29,262 bases of DNA from an uncultured bacterium (GTDB lineage: Bacteria > Hydrothermota > UBA3073 > NMUJ01), in the NCBI GenBank assembly GCA_965612795.1, contig CBFDTI010000008.1:1-29262 (forward strand). The letters are read 5' to 3'. The notes beneath the pieces are model-generated. The model was not told the DNA's origin and did not search any database. It was given only the letters and a program-made list of their open reading frames with translations. How positions within the stretch are numbered: position 1 is the first letter of the stretch; each line of letters opens with the position of its first letter. Of the stretch, positions 9,040 through 19,892 are shown piece by piece. The position numbers and the translations under genes were made by a program.

Positions 9040-12000
9040 ATGATGGTTGATAGAAAATTAACTCAAAAATATAAATGGGGCAAATTTAGTGCATTATTAA
9101 TGGTATGGATTGTTACTACCGCATGTTTTGCGACCATTTATGCTACACTTGATTACGTGTTTGTGTTGACTTTTGTGTTACGGATCGCTTTGTTCACATT
9201 ATATCTAGTAACACTTGTTATCTCTATCTCCATGCAATTACGTAAGTTACCTCCACTACGTGAGGTAGCGTGGCAGATTGATAAGAGTGAGGGGTTCAAA
9301 GGACATCTTATCACATTGGTTGAACGCAAGAAGCTGACACATCCCCCCTACTCCAAGGATTTACTCAACCTTGTATCTGAGCGTGCGAACCAGTTTAAAT
9401 TTTTGCCATTCTTAAAATTCTGGCGCCGATACCTGTTGTATCCGTTACAGATTGGTTATATAAGTATAGGGGTGATAGCTTTAACTTTAATATCACCGTT
9501 ACGCCATAATATTTCACATCTGTTTAACCGCAACTACTTCAGCTTGCAGGTGTTACCCGGTGATACAGAGTTGGTGGTCGGTGACTCGCTCACCATAAAC
9601 GTTATACCTGTGGGGATAACACCACATAAAATCTATTTGTGGGTGGACTCCACCCGCTACGTATTGAAGCTGTCCGATGGGTTCACGTTTTCACTTATAC
9701 CACATCGTGGGTTCACCTATCGTGCACAGCTTGCGGATGTGAGTACCCCCGTTTACAAGGTTGATCTACTTGTACCGCCATGGGTTAAGCGATGGTCTAT
9801 CAGATGCAGATACCCAATCTATACGGGGTTACCACCTACTTTATTGGATAACCCCAACTTACAGGTACTGGTAGGTACACATGTGTCGATATCGGGGGTG
9901 GCAAATACGTCACTCGCTATGGTGGATTTCATACTGGGTGACGAACTTCACCCCGCCCAAATATATGGTGATAGCTTCACTTTTAACCTGATCGTCGATA
10001 CTTCACTCAATTATGGTGTGGTACTCCACGATATTAATGGGTTATCGAGTGATACCTGCTTCTACTCCATCTATGCATATGCGGACGACCCGCCTGAGAT
10101 ATCGCTTTTATATCCGCTGTACAGCCAACCCATACCTGAAGATGCACATGTACGTTTGATAGGTAGGTTACGTGACGATTATGGGGTGGCTAAGGTGTTG
10201 CTTATCAGCTCTTGTGATACGATTGAACTTGCTACATTCCGTAATGTGACGGATACAATTTACGATTACATATGGGATCTCAACCCCTACGGGTTGATGC
10301 CTGGTGATACTGTATGGTTTAAGCTACGGGTTTACGATAACGACACTTATAAAGGGCCAAAATATGCAGATAGCCCGGAATTATTTGTGTACTTTCCTAC
10401 ACTTGAAGAACTCTATACCCAAATGGAAAGATACAGCGAACAGCTACAGGTGGAAGGTACTGATCTGCAGTCGATGATCGACGAACTTACAACAAAAATT
10501 ATGGAACTCAAAGCACACGAACTTACTGACACTTTACGTGAGGAGATAAAGGAGCTTGAACAACAGGTTGAACTGCTTCGTCACCATGTGAAGCAGTTCG
10601 AACAGCAATTCACCCAACAGCTGGAGCATACTGAAGATATGGAGCTACTCGAGCCTGAAACTATTGCGAAGCTCGAACGCATAAAAGAGCTAACGTCGGA
10701 GATTATGACACCAGAGATGGAACGCTTGCTTAACGAAATAATGGATAAACTTCGTAACAATCCTGACATATGGCGTGAAGCGCTGTCAAAGATGGAAGAT
10801 TGGATGCATAAGCTTGAAGCTAACCTCGACAGGACGATTGAGTTGCTTGAAAACATAGTGAACGAGCGTCGCCTTAAGGAGTTGATGGAGGAAGCCACCC
10901 GCATAAAGGGGGCATGGGATAACCTTGCCGAACAGAGCAAGGTAGCAGCTCCAGAGACTCGTAGGGGGTTGAGTAAATTAGCACAGGACCTACAACAGGA
11001 TCTCCATATATTAAAAGAGGGGATTGATTCACTTGTAGCCGATATGTATCTATCAACTGAACTGTCGCGTATCGCACAGGATATACCATCAATACAGAGC
11101 AAAATGGAACAAGCGACAGAAACCATGCAGGCGGGTGAACATCCAACTCAACTTGCACCCTCCATAAGCCATGATTTAGATAAATTAGCCCAAGCCCTAC
11201 GTTCACTTTACGAGAAGGTGAGCCGTGGCACGTTTGTTGTGGAGGAGCTACAGGAGATGGAGCGTGAGTTGATACAACTTTCTCACTGGGAAGAGGAGAT
11301 TGCCACCAACCCAAGGGTTAAATCCCCTGTACGTCAGGCTGCTATCCGTGACGCCTTGCACAATATAAAGTTAAGGTATTTATCGCTCTACCGTAAATCG
11401 CCATTCCTGAGTGGTGAACCACTAAACTTTATCGATACTGCAATCAAGGAGATGGAACATACCTCACAGTTACTCTCACAGGGTAAACACTCAGAAGCTA
11501 CCCAATACGCTACCAACGCTATGTATAACGTTAATCAAGCCATATCGGTGTTGTCACAACAGCAAGCTGCATGCCAGCAATTAGCATGTCAGTCACAGGG
11601 ACAAAGTTCTATGAATATGTTGATGCAGATGTTGAACCAGATTGCACAGTCACATGAGGCACTTATACAGATGGCACAGAACATGCTTGCTACGTCAGGG
11701 TTACCACGTGTACTGGGTGAATCCGCACAACAGATAGCAACCCAAGAGCGTGAACTTGCAGATAAATTGCACAAAGTGGCTGAGGGGTTACGTGGACGTA
11801 CGCTTGGCGACCTTGGTCATGTAGCGGATGAACTCGATAAGCTTGCAGATAGGATCGAACAGGGTGGTATCACACCTGAAATCATCAACCGTCAAAAAGA
11901 GCTATTACGTCATATGTTGGATGCACAGAAATCCATCTATACCAAGAAGTTTTCACGTAGGAGGATATCCGAACCAGGGCAGGACTTTACCAACCTCATA

Positions 12001-12132
12001 GGGCCACAAGGGTTGAATCCCAAAACCCGTCATGGTGTATCACAGAAACAGATTTGGCATGCACTACGTGAAAGATTTATACCATATTATGAACATTACA
12101 TACGTGAATATTTCAGGAAGCTGGAGGAGTGA
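9040..12132 (+). CDS. Large membrane-anchored protein with beta-rich middle and coiled-coil C-terminal half (DUF4175-like)
   Basis: N-terminal TM helices, DDPPEI, DDYGV, LMPGD..DND, Gln/Glu-rich heptads, C-terminal YEHYIREYFRKL. Start is ATG 9040 or 9043. Confidence 0.75.
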   Translation: MMVDRKLTQKYKWGKFSALLMVWIVTTACFATIYATLDYVFVLTFVLRIALFTLYLVTLVISISMQLRKLPPLREVAWQIDKSEGFKGHLITLVERKKLTHPPYSKDLLNLVSERANQFKFLPFLKFWRRYLLYPLQIGYISIGVIALTLISPLRHNISHLFNRNYFSLQVLPGDTELVVGDSLTINVIPVGITPHKIYLWVDSTRYVLKLSDGFTFSLIPHRGFTYRAQLADVSTPVYKVDLLVPPWVKRWSIRCRYPIYTGLPPTLLDNPNLQVLVGTHVSISGVANTSLAMVDFILGDELHPAQIYGDSFTFNLIVDTSLNYGVVLHDINGLSSDTCFYSIYAYADDPPEISLLYPLYSQPIPEDAHVRLIGRLRDDYGVAKVLLISSCDTIELATFRNVTDTIYDYIWDLNPYGLMPGDTVWFKLRVYDNDTYKGPKYADSPELFVYFPTLEELYTQMERYSEQLQVEGTDLQSMIDELTTKIMELKAHELTDTLREEIKELEQQVELLRHHVKQFEQQFTQQLEHTEDMELLEPETIAKLERIKELTSEIMTPEMERLLNEIMDKLRNNPDIWREALSKMEDWMHKLEANLDRTIELLENIVNERRLKELMEEATRIKGAWDNLAEQSKVAAPETRRGLSKLAQDLQQDLHILKEGIDSLVADMYLSTELSRIAQDIPSIQSKMEQATETMQAGEHPTQLAPSISHDLDKLAQALRSLYEKVSRGTFVVEELQEMERELIQLSHWEEEIATNPRVKSPVRQAAIRDALHNIKLRYLSLYRKSPFLSGEPLNFIDTAIKEMEHTSQLLSQGKHSEATQYATNAMYNVNQAISVLSQQQAACQQLACQSQGQSSMNMLMQMLNQIAQSHEALIQMAQNMLATSGLPRVLGESAQQIATQERELADKLHKVAEGLRGRTLGDLGHVADELDKLADRIEQGGITPEIINRQKELLRHMLDAQKSIYTKKFSRRRISEPGQDFTNLIGPQGLNPKTRHGVSQKQIWHALRERFIPYYEHYIREYFRKLEE

Positions 12133-13817
12133 TGTGGTGGATTAGCTTATTTATTTTTATGAGTACTACAGATGTGGATTCGTCACGGGTGGCAGCCGAG
12201 TATGAGATACTCGTAACTGCCAAACGTATACCTATGGTATCTGAATATGCAGCATTTAGCTACAAAATTATACGGACTCAGCTATTGCCTGTATCTATAC
12301 CGTATTGGGTTGATGCATATACGTGGATAAACTATCAGGTTGAACTTGCCACGTGCTACATACGAGGGATATCGCAAAAACATAACCTCATATTGGTTAA
12401 TAGTGTACCGATAGCGCATGAGTTAATGTTAGATTTCGGTATATTATACCCCCTATGGGATAAGATTGAACTCGTCCGCGGTAGTGGCACCCTATACGGG
12501 TCGGCTGCTATAGGAGGGGTGATGAACTTTGTCTCCCTACCTATACGTAAGACAGGGGTACGGGTTTTCCTACCTACATACACGCATGAGGGTATCTTAA
12601 GGTTATCTTTAGACGCCAACTTACGGTGTAAAGGGGTAAACTTCCAGTTACGAGGTATACCGGAAAATGTAAGCACAGGGTGGGAGGTGCCAGGTCTGAG
12701 ATTTACAACCCGATACCAATGGGGTACATTTGAATACGATCGTCTCACCCGTACAAGGCGACCGCCCAATGGTGTACGTACTGATACAGTTAATTTAATT
12801 TCGTTGAAGTTGACCCCACCTTTTGCATTTAACCCACAACTTACAGTTTTTGACAACAGATTTATCGAACACTATTCCAGTACATGGGTGTACAGCTGTC
12901 ATCGTGAACATACTCGCGGTATGAAGTTAGAACTTCGGCACCACGGTACCATCAACATCGTCGTAGGTATCGACATCCTGCATACGAAGTTCAATAGTAC
13001 CGATGTGGGTGATAGGGAGCGTCACGAAATAGCGGGTTGGTCACGCAGTGAATACGTTATTGGTAACTTGATATTATGTCCAACGGTGAGGCTTGACTAC
13101 AATCGTACGTCGGGTAGGGTGATACCTACCTATAACTTAGGCGTCACCTACAGAGGTAAGTTGATAGTATTTGCTTCATACGGTACGGCGTTCCGATACC
13201 CTGGCTTTTTTGACCTGTATTGGCCTGCCCAGATTTGGGATGGCGGTGGAGTTGAAGGTAACCCCAATCTCACACCTGAATCAGCTAGTGATTGGCAAAT
13301 AGGGTTACGTCATAAGTATTTTGAGCTCACTATGTTTGATACACGTATAGATGACGAAATCGTATGGCTACCAGATACTGATAACGTGTGGCGTCCACAT
13401 AACTTAGGTAGGGTCAACTCCAGTGGACTGGAACTGACCCTACGCTATGCATTAGGTATCCTACATATGGAGGGTAACCTCACATACACACGTGCGATGT
13501 ACGATGGTACGCGCGTACCGTATTATCCACGATGGCGGGTGAATCTCAACTCATACATAAAGCTGAGTGATTATTCTATATTTAGTGTAACATATGTACG
13601 TGAGACCGACCGTGTTGATATATCAGGTAAGAAGTTGCCGGATGTGGGATGGCTCGATATCGAATCCCGTATACCGGTAGACCCACATGCGGTTGATATT
13701 GCACAGATTTACATTAAACTACGTAAGCCAATGGGTAAAGAAGTGGAGTGGTTACCGCCACTTAGTGAATGTATGGATGAACGCATATGTGTAGGGCTAA
13801 TACTAACAATCGAGTGA
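12132..13817 (+). CDS. TonB-dependent outer-membrane receptor (short, BtuB-like)
   Basis: EILVTAKR, plug motif YIRG..LILVNSVP..KIELVRG..LYGSAAIGGVMNF, barrel motifs TAFRYP and GNPNLTPE. Confidence 0.85.
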   Translation: MWWISLFIFMSTTDVDSSRVAAEYEILVTAKRIPMVSEYAAFSYKIIRTQLLPVSIPYWVDAYTWINYQVELATCYIRGISQKHNLILVNSVPIAHELMLDFGILYPLWDKIELVRGSGTLYGSAAIGGVMNFVSLPIRKTGVRVFLPTYTHEGILRLSLDANLRCKGVNFQLRGIPENVSTGWEVPGLRFTTRYQWGTFEYDRLTRTRRPPNGVRTDTVNLISLKLTPPFAFNPQLTVFDNRFIEHYSSTWVYSCHREHTRGMKLELRHHGTINIVVGIDILHTKFNSTDVGDRERHEIAGWSRSEYVIGNLILCPTVRLDYNRTSGRVIPTYNLGVTYRGKLIVFASYGTAFRYPGFFDLYWPAQIWDGGGVEGNPNLTPESASDWQIGLRHKYFELTMFDTRIDDEIVWLPDTDNVWRPHNLGRVNSSGLELTLRYALGILHMEGNLTYTRAMYDGTRVPYYPRWRVNLNSYIKLSDYSIFSVTYVRETDRVDISGKKLPDVGWLDIESRIPVDPHAVDIAQIYIKLRKPMGKEVEWLPPLSECMDERICVGLILTIE

Positions 13818-14722
13818 TACGGTTACTCGATTATATATTTCTGTTACGGCCGTCACTTATGGTGCCAAGTTGGACGTTCTTATTGCTTGGCTATTATCAT
13901 GCCACAGGTAAATTGCTGCACTTATCGACTGCTTTCTGGTGGGCTTTCTCCATAATGACATTACTTATGGGTGGTACTTACATATTGAATCAGATTGTCG
14001 ATCGTGAAAGTGATCGCATCAACCGCAAGCTATTCCTCATATCCGAGGGCCATATTGCGGTTAGACCTGCCTATACCTACATGTGTGCACTTTGGGCAAC
14101 TGCGGTGGGGTTGAGTTTGTGGAGGTTTCCGAAATACGATTATCTGTTCCTTATCGCCATCATCATGGGGATAACCTATTCGCTACCACCGTTTAAATTT
14201 AAAGCAAGGCCGTTCATCGACATAATCTGGAATGCTATTGGTTACGGGTACGTAAATTTTCTTATAGGATGGATGACAGGCAACCCCATAACTACGACAG
14301 CAACCGTTATCGCTATACCGTATGTTTTATTGGTGGCTGGCGTATTTGTGAACACTACTATACTTGATATCGAGGGCGATAAGCGGGTGGGTGAACTCAC
14401 CACGGGGGTGTATCTTGGTGCAAACCGTGCTGCTAAGTTAGCACTTGTGTTAATAGTGCTTACGGTGGTGATAAGCTACATATTGAGAGTATGGATTGCA
14501 CTTGGTGTAGCTGTTTTTGCATTACCCTTTTATATAAGTGCGGGGTTACGTGGTAGACGTGAAGATTATTTTCTATCGGTGCGGTTAAGTGCACCCATAC
14601 CCAGCATTGTAATGTCGATATTCTACCCGATCTTTATCCCCATATGGGGGGTGCTGTTCCTCTCCATGCGATGGTACTACAAGAGACGGTTTGACCTCAT
14701 CTATCCAAAGTTGATAGGGTAG
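13814..14722 (+). CDS. UbiA-family prenyltransferase
   Basis: NQIVDRESDRIN, YSLPPFKFK and DIEGD motifs, multiple TM helices. GTG 13814 overlaps the upstream TGA (preferred to 13787). Confidence 0.88.
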   Translation: MIRLLDYIFLLRPSLMVPSWTFLLLGYYHATGKLLHLSTAFWWAFSIMTLLMGGTYILNQIVDRESDRINRKLFLISEGHIAVRPAYTYMCALWATAVGLSLWRFPKYDYLFLIAIIMGITYSLPPFKFKARPFIDIIWNAIGYGYVNFLIGWMTGNPITTTATVIAIPYVLLVAGVFVNTTILDIEGDKRVGELTTGVYLGANRAAKLALVLIVLTVVISYILRVWIALGVAVFALPFYISAGLRGRREDYFLSVRLSAPIPSIVMSIFYPIFIPIWGVLFLSMRWYYKRRFDLIYPKLIG

Positions 14723-14788
14723 ATGATGGGTTGCCTTTTACGGGGGTGGGTTAATTTCTAAAATGGGATTTAGTTGAGGAGGTGCCAC

Positions 14789-16318
14789 ATGAAAAAACTA
14801 AGGCGTTATGGGATTATAATGGTAGCTATAGTACCTCTTCTACTATTTATACATGGGCAGATACAGCTGCAGACTACACGTCATAACCTGCAGAAGTTAA
14901 GTGAATTCACGTATATACTGCAGCTGGTGAAATCAAACTGGGTACAGGAAGTGGATCTCGACACGCTTATAGATTTTGCAATACAGGGGATGTTGAAATC
15001 ACTTGATCCACACTCAGCATACCTTACACCTGAGGGTACGGAGGAGCTCACCATCCAGAGTAAAGGTAAATATGGTGGATTAGGTATACAGATAGGTATA
15101 AGGGATGGATGGCTTACGGTGATTGCACCTATTGAGGGTACGCCTGCCGATCGTGCTGGTATGAGGCCAGGCGATCGTATCATCAAAATAGAGGGTGTAT
15201 CAACGAAAGGCATAACCCTACAGGAAGCAGTTAAGAAGCTGCGTGGTGACCCCGGTACAAAGGTGACAATCACAGTAGAACGTCCGGGCATGAAGGAGCC
15301 GTTCGACCTTACCATCACACGTGCAATTATAGAGATTAAAAGTGTACCATATTATGGGGTGTTGGAGGACGATATAGGATATATAAGGTTGGCACATTTT
15401 GACGGTGGTGCTGCAGATGAAGTACGTAAGGCGGTTGATGATCTACGTAGCAAGGGTGTACGTAAGTTCATACTCGACTTACGTAGTAACCCAGGTGGCT
15501 TACTTAAGGAGGCAGTCAATGTCGCAGATATATTTATTGGCAAGGATAGCCTGGTGGTATCGGTACAGGGGCGTAATCCATCCATAAATCGTGACTACAA
15601 GGCGACACAACCGGGGCCACCACCATGGCCGGTGGTTGTACTGGTGGATCGTGGTAGTGCATCCGCATCTGAGATTGTGAGTGGCGCGATACAGGATTGG
15701 GAGCGTGGTGTTATATTGGGTGATACAACGTTTGGTAAAGGTTCGGTACAGCATATCTTTAGGGTGACTGGAGATAGGGTGTTGAAACTTACCACTGCAT
15801 TGTATTATACGCCGAGCGGTAGATGTATACATCGAACTGATACACTACGATACCTGCTACGTGTACCTACAGCTAAGGATACATTCTATACGTTAGGTAA
15901 ACGGCATCGTCCACAGGTGGGAGGTGGTGGCATCATACCTGACATCGTACATGAGACTCGATACGTGTCACCGATAGTGGACAAAATTATGCGTAAAGGG
16001 TTATTCTTGACGTTTGGTGCCCGCTATGCACGTGAGCATACTGAGCTTAAGCCGGGCTTCGACCTATCCGATGACGTGTTGGAAAACTTCAAATCCGAGT
16101 TACGTGCACATGATGTGGAGTTCGCAGATAGTGAGTTTGTTGCACATAAAGATGAGATTAAGTTGCGCTTGAAGATGGCGATCGCCGAAACGAAATGGGG
16201 GAGCGCCGGTCGTTATGAGGTATGGTTGAAGGCAGATCCGTGGGTCAATGAAGCGATTGAAATCCTGAAAGCAAGTGAAACGTTGGATGACTTATTTGAA
16301 CAAGCAAGTAGGTATTGA
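14789..16318 (+). CDS. ctpA: S41A carboxyl-terminal processing protease (PDZ + peptidase)
   Basis: LDPHSAY, GLGIQI, LDLRSNPGG, SASASEIV, TFGKGSVQ; SD GAGGAGGT before ATG 14789. Confidence 0.93.
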   Translation: MKKLRRYGIIMVAIVPLLLFIHGQIQLQTTRHNLQKLSEFTYILQLVKSNWVQEVDLDTLIDFAIQGMLKSLDPHSAYLTPEGTEELTIQSKGKYGGLGIQIGIRDGWLTVIAPIEGTPADRAGMRPGDRIIKIEGVSTKGITLQEAVKKLRGDPGTKVTITVERPGMKEPFDLTITRAIIEIKSVPYYGVLEDDIGYIRLAHFDGGAADEVRKAVDDLRSKGVRKFILDLRSNPGGLLKEAVNVADIFIGKDSLVVSVQGRNPSINRDYKATQPGPPPWPVVVLVDRGSASASEIVSGAIQDWERGVILGDTTFGKGSVQHIFRVTGDRVLKLTTALYYTPSGRCIHRTDTLRYLLRVPTAKDTFYTLGKRHRPQVGGGGIIPDIVHETRYVSPIVDKIMRKGLFLTFGARYAREHTELKPGFDLSDDVLENFKSELRAHDVEFADSEFVAHKDEIKLRLKMAIAETKWGSAGRYEVWLKADPWVNEAIEILKASETLDDLFEQASRY

Positions 16319-16848
16319 TGGCGAGCCAAATACTTTCGAAGAAGGATATAAGCCGGTTATTGGAGGAGATTGCATGTAGAGTGGTGGAACACCATCAGAA
16401 CGAGGATACAATCTATGTGATAGGTATACATACACGTGGTTATCCATTAGCTAAGAGGTTGGCACAGAGGTTGAAAGCGTTGGGCAAATCGGTTAAGATA
16501 GGGTCGCTTGATATCACGTTTTATAGGGATGATCTGACAATGATAGATAAAAAGCCGGTTGTTAAGGCGTCCAACATATCGCCAGAGATCGACGATAAGG
16601 TGGTGTTGCTGGTGGATGATGTGATATTCACCGGCCGTACAGTACGTGCGGCATTATGTGAGATAATGGATTATGGGAGGCCCAAGCGTATTGAGCTGGC
16701 GGTGCTCATCGATCGTGGTGGCCGCGAGGTACCGATAGAAGCCACGTATGTGGGTAAAAAAGTGGAGATCGGTAGAGACTACATCGTGGATGTGAAGCTT
16801 ACTGAGGTGGATGGTACCGACGGGGTATGGATATTCAAGCGTAGCTGA
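16318..16848 (+). CDS. pyrR: Bifunctional pyrimidine attenuation regulator / uracil phosphoribosyltransferase
   Basis: GIHTRG, LDITFYRDD, LVDDVIFTGRTVRAA, LAVLIDRG.RE.PI. Confidence 0.95.
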   Translation: MASQILSKKDISRLLEEIACRVVEHHQNEDTIYVIGIHTRGYPLAKRLAQRLKALGKSVKIGSLDITFYRDDLTMIDKKPVVKASNISPEIDDKVVLLVDDVIFTGRTVRAALCEIMDYGRPKRIELAVLIDRGGREVPIEATYVGKKVEIGRDYIVDVKLTEVDGTDGVWIFKRS

Positions 16849-17585
16849 TGCCAAAGGTACATCTGGGTACATCTGGTTGGTATTATGAACATTGGAGGGG
16901 TATTTTTTATCCTGAGGATTTACCCAAAGGCGATTGGTTACTGCATTATCTGAAATATTTCAATACGGTTGAAATAAATGCCTCTTTTTATAGGTTTCCG
17001 TTCCCTAACATGTTGAAGGCATGGGTGAAGAAGACACCTGAGGGGTTCATATTTGCGGTAAAAGCTAACCGCAGGATAACACATGAGCAACCCATAGCAC
17101 GTGAAGATCTATTACGTGCATTTTACGATCGTATAGCGTTGTTGGGTGACCGCAAAGGCCCAATATTGTTTCAGTTACCGCCATCACTTAAGAAGGATAT
17201 TAAGTTGCTGGAGGAGTTTCTGGGTAAGCTGGATCCAGATGAAGAAAATGTGGTCGAGTTTCGTCACCCTACGTGGTTCGATAAAGATACATATAAAGTG
17301 TTGAGTGATTATAAAGTTGGGTACTGCATAGTGTCGGCACCTGGAATACCGATGGATGTGGAGGTAACTGCTGGCTTTGCGTATATAAGGTGGCACGGTA
17401 CTGTTAACTGGTACGCATCAGAATACTCGATTGCTGAGCTGAGGTATTGGGCGGATATCATCAAAGATATAGCTAAAGAATGCAAAGTTTATGGATATTT
17501 CAACAACGATTTCTACGGATATGCGGTTAAAAACTGTATGGAGCTCAAGGAGCTGTTGCGTGAAGCTGGTATCGACGTATCTTAA
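16848..17585 (+). CDS. DUF72 domain protein
   Basis: GTSGWYY..W...FYP, TVEINASFY, FQLPPS, EFRH..W, YIRWHG, YFNND. Confidence 0.93.
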   Translation: MPKVHLGTSGWYYEHWRGIFYPEDLPKGDWLLHYLKYFNTVEINASFYRFPFPNMLKAWVKKTPEGFIFAVKANRRITHEQPIAREDLLRAFYDRIALLGDRKGPILFQLPPSLKKDIKLLEEFLGKLDPDEENVVEFRHPTWFDKDTYKVLSDYKVGYCIVSAPGIPMDVEVTAGFAYIRWHGTVNWYASEYSIAELRYWADIIKDIAKECKVYGYFNNDFYGYAVKNCMELKELLREAGIDVS

Positions 17586-17588
17586 AAT

Positions 17589-19214
17589 ATGGCAAGAATA
17601 CTGGTGACAAGCGCGTTACCTTATGCGAATGGTAGGTTACATTTTGGGCACCTTGCGGGTGCGTATTTGCCGGCTGATATTTACACGAGGTTCAAGAAGC
17701 TACAGGGTGAGGATGTTATCCACATATGTGGGACGGACGAACATGGTGCCCCGATCACGTTTGCAGCCAAGAAGGAGGGTGTATCACCCAAACAGTTGGT
17801 GGATAAATACTATCGTATAATTTGTGATAGCTTTGAGCGGTTTGGGATAAAGTTTGATAACTTTTCGCGTACATCGTTACCGCTACATCATAGGGTGTCG
17901 AGGGAGTTCTTCCTGAACCTATATCAAAAAGGTTACATCTTCGATAAGGAGACCGATCAGTACTATTGCGAAACTGACAAGTCATTCTTACCCGATCGTT
18001 ATATAGAAGGTACGTGCCCGTACTGTGGGTACGAAGCGGCACGTGGTGACCAATGTGAGGAATGTGGTAGATGGTTAGAACCCGCGATGCTATTAAACCC
18101 ACACTGTACATTATGTGGTGGCACGCCAGTGAAACGCAAGACAAAACATTGGTACTTTGATCTACCGAAGTTCGAAGATAAGTTGGTGGAATGGCTTCAA
18201 AGCAAGGAGGATTGGAAGCCCAACGTGCGTGAGTTCGCACTTGGTTGGATACGTGAGGGGCTCGTACCGCGGCCGATAACGAGAGACTTAGATTGGGGTG
18301 TAACGGTGCCGTTGGATGAAGCCAAAGGCAAGGTACTGTATGTGTGGTTTGATGCCCCCATAGGTTATGTATCAAGTACTATGGAATGGGCGCTCAAACA
18401 GGGTAAGCATGAGCTATGGAAAGATTACTGGTTGGATCCGCAAACTAAACTCATACATTTCATCGGCAAAGATAACATTGTGTTCCACGCAATAATATGG
18501 CCTGCAGTACTTATGGGGCATGGTGAATTTGTGTTACCTGATAATATACCAGCGAACGAGTATCTGCTGCTGGGTAAGGGTAAGTTCTCCACCAGCCGCG
18601 GTACAGCGTTGTGGTTGGACGAGTATCTGGATAAGTATCCCGCGGATCCATTACGTTATACGTTGGCAATCAATCTACCCGAGACGGGTGATACTGAATT
18701 TACGTGGGAGCTGTTTATTGAACGTAACAACGAGCTGGCAGATGTATTAGGTAACTTCGTACATCGTACGTTGATGTTTGTACATAGGTATATGGGTGGT
18801 AAAGTGCGTACGCCGGTTGATGTGACGGCCGAGGATTTAACACTATTGCGTAAGGTTGAAGCTACACGTGATGAGGTGGCCAATGCCATAGATAGGTTTC
18901 AACTCAAGAAAGGGATAAAACTCATCATGGAGCTGGTACGTGAAGGTAACCGCTACTTTGACTATCAGAAACCATGGGTGTTACGTAAGGAGGATACGGA
19001 ACGTGCTAAAGCTGTTATGGGGGTATGTGCGACATTGATTGCTAACCTATCGGTGTTGGTTACACCTTACCTGCCGTTTACGGGGGAAGGGATCAAAAAT
19101 ATGCTCAACCTACCGGAATATAAATGGGATGATATTGGTAAGATAAAGGTTGATACCACCGTGGGTGAGGTGCAACCCCTATTTCAGAAATTAAAACCGG
19201 AAGATATACCATAA
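17589..19214 (+). CDS. metG: Methionine--tRNA ligase without C-terminal tRNA-binding appendix
   Basis: TSALPYANG.LHFGH, GTDEHG, Zn knuckles, YVWFDA, GKDNIVFH, KFSTS. Confidence 0.97.
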   Translation: MARILVTSALPYANGRLHFGHLAGAYLPADIYTRFKKLQGEDVIHICGTDEHGAPITFAAKKEGVSPKQLVDKYYRIICDSFERFGIKFDNFSRTSLPLHHRVSREFFLNLYQKGYIFDKETDQYYCETDKSFLPDRYIEGTCPYCGYEAARGDQCEECGRWLEPAMLLNPHCTLCGGTPVKRKTKHWYFDLPKFEDKLVEWLQSKEDWKPNVREFALGWIREGLVPRPITRDLDWGVTVPLDEAKGKVLYVWFDAPIGYVSSTMEWALKQGKHELWKDYWLDPQTKLIHFIGKDNIVFHAIIWPAVLMGHGEFVLPDNIPANEYLLLGKGKFSTSRGTALWLDEYLDKYPADPLRYTLAINLPETGDTEFTWELFIERNNELADVLGNFVHRTLMFVHRYMGGKVRTPVDVTAEDLTLLRKVEATRDEVANAIDRFQLKKGIKLIMELVREGNRYFDYQKPWVLRKEDTERAKAVMGVCATLIANLSVLVTPYLPFTGEGIKNMLNLPEYKWDDIGKIKVDTTVGEVQPLFQKLKPEDIP

Positions 19215-19235
19215 TCTGGCTACATTACAACGGAC

Positions 19236-19891
19236 GTGTGGATGAGATTGTGTGAATATTGTTATTTTTACGAATCGGATGGTTGGGGTAGTAACTCAAT
19301 ACTGATAGCGGGTGAACCGCTCACGCTTGTGGATACTGGTACGTGGGGGTTGGAGCAGCTTGAAGCTATGTTACGTGAGGATGGGTTTAAGCTCGAGAAT
19401 ATAGGGCTTATTGTGCATACACACTGTCATCCGGATCATGTAGGTATGGATGCAGAGATCAAGAAGGTGACAGGTGCAAAGATATTGATACATAAGAAAG
19501 AAGCAGCTCTGCTTAAAGTGAACGCAATTCTGTCGGTGTTACCATTCATGCCGGGAAAATTTAAGGTCGATGGTTACCTTGGTGATAGACTTGAATTAGG
19601 TGATGTAACACTTGAAGTGATACACACACCTGGACATACACCCGGTAGTGTATGTTTCTATGATCGGCAGCGTAAGCTGTTGATAAGTGGTGACACATTA
19701 TTTCCATATAGTGTGGGTAGATGCGATCTACGGGGGGTAACTATCGGCGGTTGATGGAATCACTGAAAAAGCTCATCACACTGGATATCGAATATCTGCT
19801 ACCAGGGCATATGGGGTGCTTAACTTCAAAGCATGCGGTGGAAGATAGCTTCCAAGTGATACGTGAGCTGATAGAATCCGAGTTGAGTTAA
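19236..19891 (+). pseudogene. MBL-fold metallo-hydrolase interrupted by a 1-nt frameshift at 19731-19737
   Basis: THCHPDH, HTPGHTPGS and SGDTLF lie in the first frame. After GRCDL the conserved C-terminus GGNYRRLMESLKKLITLDIEYLLPGH continues in another frame to TAA 19889-19891. Confidence 0.85.
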
Positions 19892-19892
19892 T

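Noticed and set aside
10581..11314. Antisense ORFs of 181 and 146 aa, and similar shadow ORFs elsewhere
   Set aside because: They lie wholly opposite or within well-supported genes and show no recognisable motifs.
13814..14722. UbiA protein as an archaeal-type ether lipid (DGGGP) synthase
   Set aside because: The motifs are generic to the UbiA family and no GGGP synthase is adjacent; this needs a phylogeny.
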